Source: the human T2T-CHM13v2.0 reference genome, Homo sapiens
DNA length: 64,000 bases
Assembly: GCA_009914755.4 (NCBI GenBank)
Contig: CP086569.2
Span: 19,392,001-19,456,000, forward strand
Direction of reading: 5' to 3'
Part shown: one piece after another, positions 13,346 to 27,590 of the stretch
How positions within the stretch are numbered: position 1 is the stretch's first letter
Layout: each line of letters opens with the position of its first letter
Notes under the pieces: generated by a model
Seen by the model: the letters and a program-made list of their open reading frames with translations, nothing else
Databases searched by the model: none
Told to the model about the DNA's origin: nothing
Translations under genes and position numbers: made by a program

Positions 13346-15185
13346 TAAACACACAAACAACAAAGACAAGAAATTTAAAAAACAAACTATTATATTTGGC
13401 AAAAAGGGAAGCTAATTATTTTAAATATAGTACATTTGGTAGACTGTTGGGGATGAAAGCCTGACTGGTAAAGGTAAGTAGAATTTTCAAATGAGAGTGT
13501 AATATCAATGGTAAAAATATTCACCTGAAATTCAAGGTAAAATTTTAAATTTAGCAATTAGGGTGTCACTGATGACCTTTGAGAAAGGACTATGACTTCA
13601 CTGTTGTGGGATAAAACTTGAGGCAGAATAAGAACTGATGGAAAGGAAATAGCTAATAGAAATTCTCTGTGCAAATTAAAGCAGAGAAAAAGGTCAGTAC
13701 CAAAAGAGACAGTTTTTTTTTGTTGTGGATCATAAAATATGGAGTTTTTTATACATGTGTGATAAGGAAATCAGGGCAGTGAAGAAGAGAATAAAATTAA
13801 TTATGCAAAAGAGGAAAATATCAATCATATTGATGAGTTGGGTCCAGGAGGATGTATTTTAAAATGTGATAAATGTTTTGTCTTTGAATAAATAAGTGCA
13901 TATAGATAAAGGTGTGATTAGGATCAGAATAATGAACAACAGAAGTTGAGGAATTTAATACTCTGCAGCATAAAACTTAGCAAATTGGAGGAAAGCATAT
14001 TTATGATAAGTTATGAGAATAAAAGCAATGCAAAGAAAGTTCAGGAAATAAACATCTTATCAAATAAAAATAAAATAGTAACTTCTTGATTCTTCCCTTC
14101 CACTTACTTAAACTACTGCTTCTATTTTTCCCATTGTTATATTTTAACAAAAGACCAATGTCTTCTGGGAAAATATTATGTTTTCTCTCTGGTAATTTGC
14201 ATTAGATTCTTACACCTTTCATGCCTTTTTATTATATTAACAACCTTTTTAGTCAGAAAAAGGTTTCTGTTCCAATATTTACTTGAGTTAAAAGTCCTGT
14301 TGCCTTTTCTCTTCCTTCTTATTCATTTTTGTTTAATATTGCTTCCCACACATAATGACTAATTGACCTTGACAGTATATCAGTAATTTCTCTGGCAGTT
14401 TGTCTGCAAAGAACCTAATAAGAGCTATTTCACCCCACCCCTACCCGCCCCCAACAAAATAGAATTTGGATCTTCTATAACCATTCAAATCTGGATTTCA
14501 TATCTATTTAAATTGAAACTTTTCTTGATTAATAACTTCATTAATAACTTGATTAATAACTTCATAACTTTACTTGATTAATAACTTCATAACTTCTGCA
14601 TTAAATCAAGCCAAGAATCAGTATTTTAAATGAAAAATGGCCAACAACTAACAATAAGTGGTACTTAAAGGGCTCACTATTTTCTATTCCTCTCTCAATC
14701 AGAAATACCTGTTAGATACTTTTCTCAGTGTCATCATGGTTAGATTTGGCTTAGACATTGTGCCCTTTTGTTTTAGTTGATGTCAGCAGGAGACACTGGC
14801 TGAAGGTCACAAAAAGGAAACTTAGGAGAAATGTGCACCTTTTTTCTTACTACTTGAAGACAGGACTATCATCTTGGTATTAAGGGGTAGTCAATGCCTC
14901 ATACAAGTTTTATTGTCTATTTCCTTTAAACAATATGTACTGAAGAAATAGTACGTCAAGTTACTGGACATATTGACTGAATTATGTCAAATGCTTTAAT
15001 TGACTAAATTATGTCAAGTCATGGTTTAATATTTCTTAAACAAGACATAGATTTTTAAGTTGTGATTAGTGAGCCGTATTTACTTTTTTATATTTTCCAT
15101 GAACAGTGAATTATACAGAATCTGGTTTTCTTCTGTTTGGATTTGATACTGAGCTATACTGGATTCACTGACAAGAAGAGTTTGA

Positions 15186-15522
<337 letters not shown>

Positions 15523-16083
15523 TAGGACCTATAGTGAGGTAAGTGACACAAATATCTCTCATTCTCTGTTTCCAAACAGTAAATAGAATATAAATAGTTC
15601 ACGAACAAGATTAAGGAAGTGATAATCATCGTTCCTCTAACTGAAATGCACCCTCTGTTTAGATTTATTTACTTTTCACAATTTTGAAAATTTTCCCATG
15701 CAATTTTTATCAGTCATAAGGTAATGATAGTTTTTTAACAATGCAAATGGGATTAAGTCAGTCGTTTTTTCTGTTCCTTTTAATATTATTCTAATTCAGC
15801 CTCATGGGCATTCCAAATAGTTATGAGGGATAGAAATATAACATTAAATTAAGGGATGAGAGTAGAGTGAGAAGAGAGTATGGCTCAAAATTAATCTCAT
15901 AAATTTTATTTGTCAACTGACGTGATTTAACACGTTAGTGGTAGATTTTCTAGATATCCCTAAATTTGTAGCTATGACTTGGAATATCAAAACATAGCTA
16001 GGCAGTTCATTTCCATCTGACTTCTCTCTGTTACTATGCTGATTTGCACGAGTACTGTAAATTTTGTAAGAACTAATTTCATT

Positions 16084-16570
16084 CAGATGTGCATTTAGAG
16101 TTCCAAGATAGTAAAATGTATAAAAATTATATACATTTTATATAATTAGGAGGCAATGGGGATAAGTGTTACCTTTCAATAAAAAGGTAAGTGCAGAAGT
16201 TTATAAACACATGCAAAAATGTGTAACCTCACGATTTAATCTTCTATGCAAATACAAATTAGTAATAGGAGGAGCAATTACTAACACTAGGAGCAATTAG
16301 TAAAAGCAAGAGCAATTAGTAACACTAGTAACACTAGCAATTAGTAACACTAGCACTAACAGATGTGCATGTAGAGTTCCAAGATAGTAAAATGTATAAA
16401 AATTATATACATTTTATATGATTAGGAGGCAATGGGGATAAGTCTTACCTTTCATCAAAAAGGTAAGTGCAGAAGTTTATAAACACATGCAAAAATATGT
16501 AACCTCACGATTTAATCTTCTATGCGAATACAAATTAGTAATAGCAGGAGCAATTAGTAACACTAGCAGG
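16084..16570. repeat. Tandem duplication of a 210-276 bp unique unit (copy 1 at 16084-16359, copy 2 at 16360-~16570), with a 16-18 bp minisatellite expanded in copy 1
   Basis: cagatgtgcatttagagttccaagatagtaaaatgtataaaaattatatacattttatataattaggaggcaatggggataagtgttacctttcaataaaaaggtaagtgcagaagtttataaacacatgcaaaaatgtgtaacctcacgatttaatcttctatgcaaatacaaattagtaatagg recurs about 95% identical starting at 16360. Copy 1 ends in several (agcaattagtaacact)-like units. Confidence 0.9.
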
Positions 16571-16694
16571 GCAATAAACATTCCTGCAAAGCCAAAGGCT
16601 TAATCTGAGTGACAATGCATGCAGTGATTCTGGACCATACTCTGGAGCTAATTTAAGTTTAATTGACTGAATCTCCTGAAAGAAAAGGACTTAG

Positions 16695-17110
<416 letters not shown>

Positions 17111-17175
17111 CAACTTTTTCTTTTTTACAAGGTCAACTTATGAAATTTTATAAATTTCTTAAATTTCTTGCAATA

Positions 17176-17410
17176 GACCGAGCATGGTGGCTCACACCTC
17201 TAATCCCAGCACCTTGAAAGGCCGAGTCGGGTAGATCACCTGAGGTTGGCAGTTCCAGGCCAGCTTAGCTAACATAGTGAAACCCCATCTCTACTAAAAA
17301 TACAAAACTAGCTGGGCGAGTGGCACGTGCCTCTAATTCCAGCTACTTCAGAGGCTGAGGCAGTGGAATCGCTTGAGCCTGGAAGGTAGAGTTTGCAATT
17401 CTGTGATCAT
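17176..17410 (+). mobile_element. Alu, truncated at its 3' end
   Basis: gaccgagcatggtggctcacacctctaatcccagcaccttgaaaggccgagtcgggtagatcacctgagg...ctaaaaatacaaaactagctgggcgagtggcacgtgcctctaattccagctacttcagaggctgaggcagtggaatcgcttgagcctggaaggtagag. Confidence 0.85.
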
Positions 17411-17419
17411 GAGAAATGT

Positions 17420-17560
17420 TAAGATTACTATATGCATATATATGTGTGTGTGTATATACATATATATAGTAATCACCTACATATATATACACACAGCCAC
17501 AGACATGCACACACCCACACACACACACGTGCACACACACACACACCCGTTAGCTCTGTG
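17420..17560. repeat. Low-complexity (TA)n/(CA)n/(TG)n-rich tract
   Basis: atgcatatatatgtgtgtgtgtatatacatatatat...cacacacacgtgcacacacacacacac. Confidence 0.7.
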
Positions 17561-17943
17561 TATATATTCTTTTGAAAACAGAAGATACTTATTTTTAATT
17601 AGGTTATTATTTCCTTGTTCTTTTGAATCATTTTTAGTTCCTGGTATATTTTGATTAACTCCTTGTCTGATGTACAGTTTGCAAATATTTTCTCTCATTC
17701 TATCACTCTGGTGATTTATTTTATTTTATTTTCATTTTTGCTGTATGGAAGTTTTCTAGTATAATGTAACCTCATTTTTCTGCCTGTGTGTTTTTTGCTT
17801 GTGCTTTTGAAGTCTTATCCAAAAAACATTCCTGCCCAGACCAACGTCATTAAATGTGTTTTGTGATTTATTCAACTAGTTTGACAGTTTTGTGTTTTCA
17901 TTACATCTTTATTTTTAAATGTTTTTTAAAATATATTCTTATA

Positions 17944-18095
17944 GGTGAGGTCTCACTATATTACCTAGTGTGGAGTACAGTGGCATAAGTGTTTCATGCT
18001 ACAGCTTTCGACACCTAGGCTCAGGTGATCCTCGCATCTGAGACTCCTGAGTAGCTGAAACTACAGGGGCACACCACTGCAGTAGGCTTTTTAAT
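17944..18095 (-). mobile_element. Alu right-arm fragment, antisense, nested in the L1
   Basis: gaggtctcactatattacctagtgtggagtacagtggcataagtg...cctgagtagctgaaactacaggggcacaccactgc. Confidence 0.7.
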
Positions 18096-20511
18096 CCGTG
18101 TGAGTTAATTTTTGTACGTGGTGAGAAATAGGGTTTTAATTATATTCTTTTGCATGTAGCTCTCTTGTTTTCCCAGCACCACTTATGGAAGAGATTGACA
18201 TTTTCTCATTTTGTGTTCTTGGCACCTCTGAGGAATATCAGTTGGCTATACAGGTGTAAATTTATTTTTGTTCACTGTGTTCTATTGTATTGGTTTATAG
18301 CATTGTGACATCTCCAGTTCTGTGGGTTCACTCCCCAACCGCACTGCCATCTTCACGATTGCTTTGACTATTCAGGGTTTTTGTGTGTGTGTGTTTGTGG
18401 TTTTGTATTAATTTAGGATTTTTTCAATTTCTGTGAAAAATGCGATTGGTGTTTTGATAGAGATTGCATTCTATCTGTGCACTGCTTTGGCTCATATAAA
18501 CATTTTAACCATATTACTTTTTCCAATCAACGAACATAGAAACATAGATATATTTTCATTTAGTTATGTCATTTTAACATTTTATTAATGTTTCATAGTT
18601 TTCAGAATGCAGATTTTTTTACCTCCTTGCTTAAATTTACTCCTTTTTATCCCCCATAGCTATTGTAAATGAGATTGTTTTCTGAAGTTTTTTTTTTAAT
18701 ACATACTTTGCTATTAGTGCATGGAAATGCTATGGAATTTTATATGTTGATTTCATAAACGGAAACGTTACTGACTTTCAGAATTAGTTCTAACTACTTT
18801 TTAGTGGTATGTTTAAGGATTCCCTTATATGTCATTAGCATATATGGACAATTTTACTTCTGCCTTTCCAACTTGGGTGACTTTTCTCACTTTCTCTTGA
18901 CTAATTTATCTAGTTAATGACTTTCGGTTTTATGTTACTATAAGTAGTGAAAGTGAACATCCTGGTCTTCTTTCAGATCTTCACAGCAAAGCTTTCAATT
19001 TTAACTCTCACTGACTGTGATACTAGCTAAGGGTTCATCATATATAGTGTTATCTGGTTATTTGGGTCTATGTCATTTGTTGTGTTGAGTTACAGTTGTT
19101 CCACGCATGATTTATTAAGAGATTTTATTGTGAAAAATGTCGAATTTTGTCATTTTTTTCATATATCGAAATGAATGCATAGACTTTGTTCTTTATTTTG
19201 TTGATGTAATCTATGACATTTAATAATTCTCGTGTATTAAACCATTCCTGCATCCCTGTAATCTCGTTTGATCACGGTGAATGATTTTCCAAATGTGCAT
19301 TATAAGTCATTTTCCCAGTATTGTGTTGAGGATTTTTGCATTATGTTTATTAGATATAGTGGCCCATAGTTTTCTCTTTTTTCTTGTATCCTTGTCTGGT
19401 TTAGTAATCAGCGTAATGCCGTCCCCATGGAATGAGTTGGAACGGTTCCCATATCTTCCTTTTTTCTTTTATGTTTTTGTTTTCACTAGGTTAAAAAAAA
19501 GTGGCAGTAGTTTCCTTTTTGTGGTAGGTAGAATGCAGCAGTGAACACATCAGGTCCTGGGCTTATCTTTAACAGGTGACTTTTTACAGCTGATTCGATT
19601 TCTTACCATTAATTTATTTCTTGGTGTCAGTTATGGTATCTCTTTTTTGGCTCTGATTTTCTTTATTAGGGGCTTTGTTTTTTTTTTACTTTTAAGTTTA
19701 GCTTTTTGTTTTTCTGATTCCTTGATTGAAACATCAAGTTGTGTATTTGATATCTTGTTTTACATGAAGGCATTTATTGCCATAACTTCCCTCTTAAAAC
19801 TGCTTTGGTTGTTTCCCACAGGTTTTGCGGTGTTGTGTTTCTATTTTTGACTCAAGAAACACGGTGTTTTATCCTTATTGTCTTCATTGATTCACTGGTT
19901 GTTCAGGAGTATGTTGTTTAATTTTGATATACTTATGATTTAGTGATTTCGGAAGAGATACTTGATATGACTTTGATCTTTTCAAATTTGTTAAGATGTG
20001 ACTTTTTTTGCCTAATGTATGACGTATCCTGGAAGATCTTCCATGTTTGCAGTGGAGAAGAATGTTTATTTTATAGCTCTTGGATGGATAGTTCAGTAGC
20101 TGTTTTTAGCATTTGCCCTACTCGGCATTTTAATCCAATGCTTACTTATTGAATTCAGTCTGCATTATCTATTCTTTGCAGAGAGTAAGGTGCTGAAGTT
20201 TTCTATTATTATCTTGCACTTTTTATCTGTCTTTGGATCTATTAACATTTGTATTATATATATGCATATATTACTTATATACTTGCATTCTTGAAATAAT
20301 ATTTTCTTTTCTTTCTCCTGCTTAATTCTGTATCCTCTCTTTGACTTTGATATTTGGTGGTTAGGTTATATTAAGTCATGCAGATATTTTTATTGATATT
20401 GAATATGATTGGAAGCCCTTGATATTCCTGTAGCAGAATATTTATATTTCTATGTAAGTTTGGAAAGGTTTCTCATTATTTCTCTAAATAAGCTTTCTAC
20501 TCTTTTTTATA

Positions 20512-20822
20512 CATTTTTTTGTTGAGATGGAGGTTTGCTCTTGTCTCAGGTTGGAGTGCAATGGTGTGATTGTGACTCACTGCAACTTCCAAGTCCTGGG
20601 TTCCAGAGATTCTCCTGAGTTCAAGTGATTCTCCAAACTCAGCCTTCTGAGTAGCTGGGGTTACAGATGTCCACCAATATAACTGGCTAATTTTGGTATT
20701 TTAATAGAGAAACAGTTTCACCATGTAGCCAGGCTGCTCTCAGGCTCTTGGCAACATGTGATCCTCCCACCTTGGCCTCCCAAAGTGCTGGGAATACAGG
20801 CATGAGCCATTGTGCCCAGCTC
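20512..20822 (-). mobile_element. Alu, antisense, nested in the L1
   Basis: tttttttgttgagatggaggtttgctcttgtctcaggttggagtgcaatggtgtgattgtgactcactgcaacttccaagtcctgggttc...ttggcctcccaaagtgctgggaatacaggcatgagccattgtgcccagc. Confidence 0.9.
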
Positions 20823-21739
20823 TACCACACTCTTGAATGCTAGTGTCTGATACCTTTGCTGTTTGGATGTTATCCCATTAATCTCATGAATCTTATTTAT
20901 ATTTGCTCCTCTGACTGTGTACTTTGAATTGACCTATCTTTGAGTTTTGCTGCTTGACCATTTCTGTTGGCATTGCTGTCAACTGCATTTTTTATTTTGT
21001 GGTGTTTTATTCTTCAAGATTTTTGTTTGTTTTTTTCTCCCATTATTTTAACCTCTCAGGTAAGTTTCTCTGATAAATTTCAGAATCCTTTGTGTTTTCC
21101 TGAAGTCCACTGCATTGTCTTAAAATAATTATTTTGAATTCCTTGTCAGGCAATGTGTCCATGCCCGTCTCTTGTGGGTCAGTCACCACTGACACCTTAT
21201 TTTGACCACTCGATGCCATCATCTTTCTCTCATCGATCCTAATCCTTGGGACTACGCATCAATGTCTGCACAGTGATGTAGGTGCCTAATTCAATGTTCA
21301 TGGTTTGGCTGTGTTTGGAAGCTTTCTTCCACGGTAAGCCTGTCCAGAGATTCAGGGCAAGGAGAAGAAGGAAATTAAGGTGTTTAAGTCTAAGATAGCT
21401 TCAGCCCTGGTAGCACTAGGGGAAACACTAATGAGCAGACTTTCATGGTTGGTGTAATTTGACCGGCAAAGCTGAGTCAATGCCAGGCTCCATCTGTAGC
21501 ACACAGTTGAGCAATGGGTGCACTCAAGGTCTGTAGCTTCCATGGTCTGCCCTGTGTCGTTTATTTGGTGCCTGAAGTTACTGCAGTCAATCAACAGGAA
21601 TATTGACAGGAACTGAAGTCCATTCTGCTGAGGTCATAGTTTCTGATCTGTTGCCGGGGTTGGTCTATAAGGTTAACCCTGAGTATCAGCCTCCTAAAGT
21701 GCTGGGGTCAGGGGAAAGGGATATAAAAGTCCCAAGGCA

Positions 21740-21873
21740 AAAAAGCTCTATGCCTACTACCTTTGCACAAGCAATCCTCCCACCTCTGCCTCCTGAATAG
21801 TTGAGATACAGGCATGTGCCTCCATGCCTCCCTAACATTTTTTTGTGTATTTCCTTGTTGTTACTGTTGTTGT

Positions 21874-21905
<32 letters not shown>

Positions 21906-21960
21906 GCTGTTGTTGTTGGGCTCAAGTGATCTACTCACCTCAGCCTCCTAAAGTGCTAGG
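21740..21960 (-). mobile_element. Alu fragment, antisense, with an expanded (GTT)n tail at 21846-21917
   Basis: caatcctcccacctctgcctcctgaatagttgagatacaggcatgtgcctccatgcc...ttgttgttgttgttgttg...gggctcaagtgatctactcacctcagcctcctaaagtgctaggattacag. Confidence 0.65.
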
Positions 21961-23503
21961 ATTACAGTATGAGTCACTATACCCAGCTAAAATTACTTTC
22001 TAAGACTTAATTTTTAGGTCATTTATTTTTATTCAGTCTTATTTCTCATAAATACAGTTCAGAATGTTATTGCTTTAGAGTTTCTCTTTGGGTATTCCTG
22101 AAGGAATAAATGGACTGTTGATATTCATTTTCTAAATGGTGTTATAAAATGAGTAATTACTTTAGGTAAGTGATGACTATTTGGCCTCTTTTTGTTTTCT
22201 AGCTTCATTTCATTGTGTATGAAGAGTGTATTTTTTTAACCCACCTGCATATGTGAAATGAAGTTTTACTCTTTCAACTGAATGTAGTACAGAATTGTTT
22301 AAACTGATTATTCAACTACTTCATAATTTTGGTTTTCTTTCTTGTGCATATTCGTCTAATTATTCGCAGAACAATGTCAAAATTAAATTAATTTGCTTAT
22401 GAAAAATTTTTCTGATAAAATTACATACATACATGCAAACAAAAGCACATACACATGTAACACTTAATTTCTAAAACTTTTAGTTTTTCTTCTTCTCTAG
22501 TACCTGGTATTCCATCACTCAGCAAAATCTGTTCAGTTCTACTTCCAGGATTTACTTTAACTCCACAGCTTATTTCCTACTTTCTGTTATCACCATAATC
22601 TAAAACACAGTTTATATTACATTTGCCTCCTATTTTACTCTGTAATTTCTTACTTTACACTCTAACTTTCTATAAAAAAGAAGCTACATTTTCAAGGTCT
22701 AATTCAGGTAATTTGATTTTTTCTTTGTTGAGAAATCTTTCTATGTGCTGTCACACCTTATAGCATCAGATATGAATGTATCTATCTAATTTCATCTGTT
22801 CCAGCTATTTTCTTTGAGGGAATATGTATAGAAGTTTATAAATATGAATATATATGTATTCCCTTATTATTTGTTTTTCCCAGGAGTAATATATGTTTTG
22901 CATGCATAGATTTACTAAATCCCTGATAATGGAAAGTTAGCACTTTTTTTTTGTTTCTTTTAAGTCAATTATTTTCTGAAGGAGGTGGGTTGGGAGGCAT
23001 ATATGTTAACATGTCAAGTTTAAAAGAGAAAGTGGCCATTACTAATACAAATTATTCTCTAACATTTTCATATTTACCGTTAATAGCATCGCTGATTATA
23101 TGTTCCCTCTTATCAGTTGTGTATGGGGCCATTCACCGCAACATACTAGCAATCCACACCTGCAACAACTTTGCTGCCATTAAGCTATGGGTAATAAAAT
23201 TCATCTTTGTCATGATATGGCATTCCTTGGTGACTATCTCACGTGTAGTGACTCTGGCATTTTTCCCTGCATCTCTGAAACTGAGGACCCTACACTTTCT
23301 ATTAATCATATATTTTGTATTATTTTTGGCATCATGGCCGGAGATTTGGAAAACTGGAGTTCATTTTCATAGCAACACAGAAAATAATTCCAGCATGGCG
23401 GGTACAGTATGGATGCTTATCTTAACCATGCTAGTATAAGCTGCCATCAACTTCTCTGCTGGTCATCAGTTAAGCTGCAGCTGTCAAATAAGAAAATAAT
23501 TGA

Positions 23504-23635
<132 letters not shown>

Positions 23636-24608
23636 TAGCTCATCATAACCTACCTATTAGCCATTGGCTTTATGCTCCTCTTCTGTCAGTGTCTGCATCC
23701 AAGGTGATCAGACAAAGTATTGCCAGGACATACAGAAAATCATCCAGAAGCACTGTGATATTGTGTAAACATCTAGAGAAAACTCAAAAGAATAAAAATA
23801 AGCAGCTGAGGAATTACTGTCATTCATGGAGAAGGGTTGGATGTTATCAATAAAAAGTATGCAATATCCATAAAATATACATATATACTTTCACAGAACA
23901 AAGAGTAAAGAGGCTGGATATGACTTTATAAAGATACTCATAAAAATATAAACAGCAAAGTCTTGGAAGTAGTTTCTAATAAAATTGATTTTTCTCCTGT
24001 TACTATGCATTAGCAATTTTTATTTTCTTCAATATAATTGTACAAATTTTTAAACAAAACAAAACAAAATCAAAAATCCCTCTGGGTCCAAAATCTGGGC
24101 AGAAAAAAAACCCATAATGCATTTTTCACCTGGTACACTTTTGGAACATGTGCCTTTAATTTAACAAGTGTTTGTAATCTAGCATATACATTATCAGCGA
24201 ATATTTTCTTTTCAGAAAGAGTACTTACCATAGTTTTCATTCTGTACTTAAGGAGAACCTGAAAGAGAAGTCTTATGAGCATGCTCCTACTTATATTAAT
24301 TTAAGGTAACCAAAGTGTTTCTCATTAAACTGACTAACAGAAAACCACTCATATTAATGCATCTTAAAGCACAAAACCTGTTCTCTTAAAAATAAATCAT
24401 CAGGTTAATAACGTAATATATTAATTTACATTCCTACCAATAGTGCACAAGCATTCTCTGTGCCCTACATTCTCAAAAACACTTGTCGTTTTTCATCTTG
24501 ATAGTAATGGCCATTCCAACATGTGTGAAAGCAGGTCTCATTGTTGGTTTCAATTTGCATTTCCCTGATGGTGGTGTTGAGCATCTTTAAACATGCAGTT
24601 GTTCAGAA

Positions 24609-24760
24609 ATTAGCCGGGTGAAGTAGCACACACCTATAATCCCAGCTACTAGGGAGGCTGAGGCAGAATTGCTGGAAACCAGTGGGTGGAGATTCAGTGA
24701 GCTGAGATCACATCACTGCACTCCAGCCTGGATGACAGAGTGAGAATCCATCTCAAATCA
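24609..24760 (+). mobile_element. Alu right-arm fragment
   Basis: ttagccgggtgaagtagcacacacctataatcccagctactagggaggctgaggcagaattgctggaaacc...cactgcactccagcctggatgacagagtgagaatccatctc. Confidence 0.7.
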
Positions 24761-25477
24761 ATCAATTAATCAATATTTAATTTAGAGTTGTTTGCTAGTT
24801 GTATGTCTTCTTTTGAGAAATGTAAATTCAGGTCCTCTGTCCATATTTCATAGGCTTAATTTTTGTTGTTGTTGTTGTTAAGTGGCTTGAGTTCCTTGTA
24901 TGTATTTATTATTCACCTTTTATCATGTATGTGGTTTGCAGATATTTTCTCCAAGTGTTTTAGTTGTCTCTTCAATCTATTTGTTTCCCTTTTCCCTTTG
25001 CAGTGCAGAAACATTTCAGTTTGATGTAATATGATCCAATTGTTTTTTGTTGTGCTTTTGTAGCCTGTGCTTTTGGGGTCATAGAATTGAGGTTTCAAAA
25101 ATAAAGTTAAATTAAACATAGAATTACCACATGATCCAGCTACTCTACTTCAAAATATGTGCTCAAAGCATATAAAATTAGCATGTCAAAGAGATAGCTG
25201 CAGTCCTATATTCATCTCAGCGTTATTCATAATAGCCAAGATACAGTAACAACCCAAGGGCTCATCAACAGATCGACAGATAAAGTGTGGCACATATATA
25301 CAATGAGATATACTACACAGCCTTAAAAACAGGAGGAAGTCCTGTTACTTATTTGTGACCAAGTGAATGGAAATGGAAGATATTATGCTCAGTGTAATAA
25401 GAGAGGCACAGAAAGACAAGTATAGGGTGATCACAATTATATATAAAAAAGTTGAACTCATTCAAACAGTGAATATG

Positions 25478-25650
25478 TCAGATATGGTGGCTCATGCCTG
25501 TAACTCCAGCATCTTAGGAGGATGAGATGGTTGGATCACTTGGGGTCAGAAGTTTGAGGACCCAGTGAGCCATACTTGTGCCACTGTACTCCAGCCTTGG
25601 CAATGCAGCACGGCCCTGACTCTAAACAAACACGGAAAAAAAGAGTCCGA
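25478..25650 (+). mobile_element. Alu fragment (FLAM-like)
   Basis: gatatggtggctcatgcctgtaactccagcatcttaggaggatgagatggttggatcacttggggtcagaagtttgag...ccactgtactccagccttggcaatgcag. Confidence 0.6.
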
Positions 25651-25810
25651 GATTGGAGTGAGGGGTGGTGATAGGAGTGGATAGAGAAAGGGGAGATGTT
25701 CATCAAAGGGTAAAATATTTCAGTGAGAAAGGAAGGAGTTCTGGAGATCCACTGCACAGAATGGTGACCACAGTTAATAAGTCAACTTCAAAGTTGCTTA
25801 ATAAAGAAAA

Positions 25811-26050
25811 GGGCAGGCATGTTGGCTCATGTCTGAAATCCAGGCACTTTGAACGCCTATGGTGGGAGGATCACTAGAGGTCAGGAGTTCGAGACCATCC
25901 TGGCCAAAATGAGGAAACACTGTCTCTACTGAACATACAAGAATTAGCCAGGTTTGGTGGCATGCGTATGTCATCCCAGCTACTCGAGTAGCTGAGCAAG
26001 AGAAAAACTTCAACTCGGGAGACAGAGGTTGAATTCTATCTCAGACAAAT
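25811..26050 (+). mobile_element. Alu
   Basis: gggcaggcatgttggctcatgtctgaaatccaggcactttgaacgcctatggtgggaggatcactagaggtcaggagttcgagaccatcctggccaaaatgaggaaacactgtctctactgaacatacaag...cccagctactcgagtagctgagcaagag. Confidence 0.8.
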
Positions 26051-26693
26051 AGGTTGTTTAAAAAGTAGAATTTATATATTCTTACCACAAGAAAGAAATG
26101 GTAAGTATGTGAGGTGATAGATATGGTAACTAGCCCAATTTAATTCTTTTGCAACATATACATGCATTATAAAATCAGTTTGTGTCCCATAAATATTTAC
26201 ATTTGTTAATTTAAAATAAAAATTGTAAAAGAATGAATTATAATTAAAATAAAATGGGCTTAATGTATATAGACAGTAATATATGCTAAAGGTTTCTTCT
26301 ATTTTGACTATTTGGATTCTGTTATTTCTTGGGGAAACAATCACAGTGGGAAGGGATGAAGAACGCTAAAGCTTAATGTTATATAATTTACATTATTTTG
26401 TTGTTGTTTTCTCCTTTTTTTTTTTTGTTTTCTACCAACCAATGGAGACTACTTTCTTATTCACACTTTCTTTTGTGTTTCTTTCTCATGAGAAATCACC
26501 ACCAACAATAAAGCTCCTGTAGATTTGTGTATTATTTTTCTGCTCCTATCTATGACTCTCTTCACCTGTCCTTTGGATTTCAGAACTTCTTAAAAGACTG
26601 ATTTACTTATTATTTGTTATCTCTCTGTACCATTACTTCTTCACTCTACCTACAGGATCATTATCCTTACTCTTTTATTTTAGTTTAGTTTAA

Positions 26694-26953
26694 TTTTTTT
26701 TGAAGACGGAGTCTCTGGCACAATCTCAGCTCACTGCAACCTTAGCCTCCCAGATTCAGGTGATTCTCCTGCCTCAGCCTCCTGAGTATCTGATGTTAGA
26801 GGCATGTACTGCCATGCTTGGCTAAATTTTGAATTTTTAATTGTGATGGGGTTTCACTGTGTTGCCAAGGCTGGTCTTGAACAAACCTCGAGTGACCCAC
26901 CACCTCAGCTTCCCAAAGTGCTGGAAGTACAGGTGTGAGCCACCAAACCAGGC
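26694..26953 (-). mobile_element. Alu, antisense
   Basis: tttttttgaagacggagtctctggcacaatctcagctcactgcaaccttagcctcccagattcaggtgattctcctgcctcagcctcctgag...cagcttcccaaagtgctggaagtacaggtgtgagccaccaaaccaggc. Confidence 0.9.
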
Positions 26954-27436
26954 TTGATCATTTTCTTTACTAGATCTACATGCTGTTAGTCTTAGTCCTA
27001 GATACGGCACTCTCAACTCATTTGTTTATTTGCCGTGATAACAAGACTCATGGAAAGAGTTTGCCCTGACAAGGTTTAATTTTATTTCTCTTAACCCTCT
27101 TTTCTTCAGGCATTTACCCTGTTTTTTAGAATCATATCTTATACTTGTCACTAAATCCCATATTTCACTTGTCTGTTGCATATTACTCAAGCAGTCATGT
27201 GTATCTACAGAACTGATTCACACCCTCATTCCTGAAATACTATTTTGCTTTGGATTACATGACTCAACTTACCTCTGATTTCTCTATTTAACTTTACGTG
27301 CCCTGTCTTTCATTTTATCTCATAGATGTCTGTTCATGAGACCACTAAGGTAACTACACAGAATACCTCTTCCTCCTTCCCTTGCTCATTTCCCTTTTCC
27401 CTTCCTTTTTTCTTTTCTTTCCTTAAGAAAATGTTC

Positions 27437-27590
27437 ACCCAGCCTGGAGTGCAGTAGTGAGACCTGGACTGACTACAGCCTCAAATTCCTGGGCTCAAGA
27501 AATCTTCCTGCATTTGTCTCCACAGTAGCTGAGACTACAGATGCACACCACCACACCTGGCTTTTTATTGATGTTGTTTTGAGACAAAAG
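27437..27590 (-). mobile_element. Alu right-arm fragment, antisense
   Basis: cacccagcctggagtgcagtagtgagacctgg...cctgggctcaagaaatcttcctgc...gtagctgagactacagatgcacaccaccacacctggcttttt. Confidence 0.6.

Larger units (their letters stand above)
17590..21180 (-). mobile_element. Old L1 (L1M/L1PB-class) 3' portion, antisense, interrupted by two Alu insertions
   Basis: gtttgcaaatattttctctcattctatcactctggtgatttattttattttcatttttgctgtatggaagttttctagtataatgtaacc parallels the L1 antisense tttgcaaatattttctcccattctgtaggttg...tttcttttgctgtgcagaagctctttagtttaat. L1-like antisense sequence continues leftward to about 21.2 kb. Boundaries are uncertain. Confidence 0.55.
24480..25800 (+). mobile_element. Old L1 3' portion, sense, interrupted by Alu pieces
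   Basis: ggtctcattgttggtttcaatttgcatttccctgatggtggtgttgagcatctttaaacatg is the L1 ORF2-end motif (gtggttttgatttgcatttctctgatg...gatgagcat). Downstream tttgcagatattttctccaagtg... and the 3' end ...ggggagatgttcatcaaagggtaaaatatttcagtgag also match. Confidence 0.55.

Noticed and set aside
22951-23439. 162-aa hydrophobic ORF, the longest non-repeat ORF outside HSFY
   Set aside because: I checked for olfactory-receptor (MAYDRYVAIC, PMYFFL) and TAS2R-like motifs and other recognisable domains and found none. The region is AT-rich with no splice-compatible continuation, and the hydrophobic composition is what AT-rich DNA yields by chance. BLASTX would settle it.
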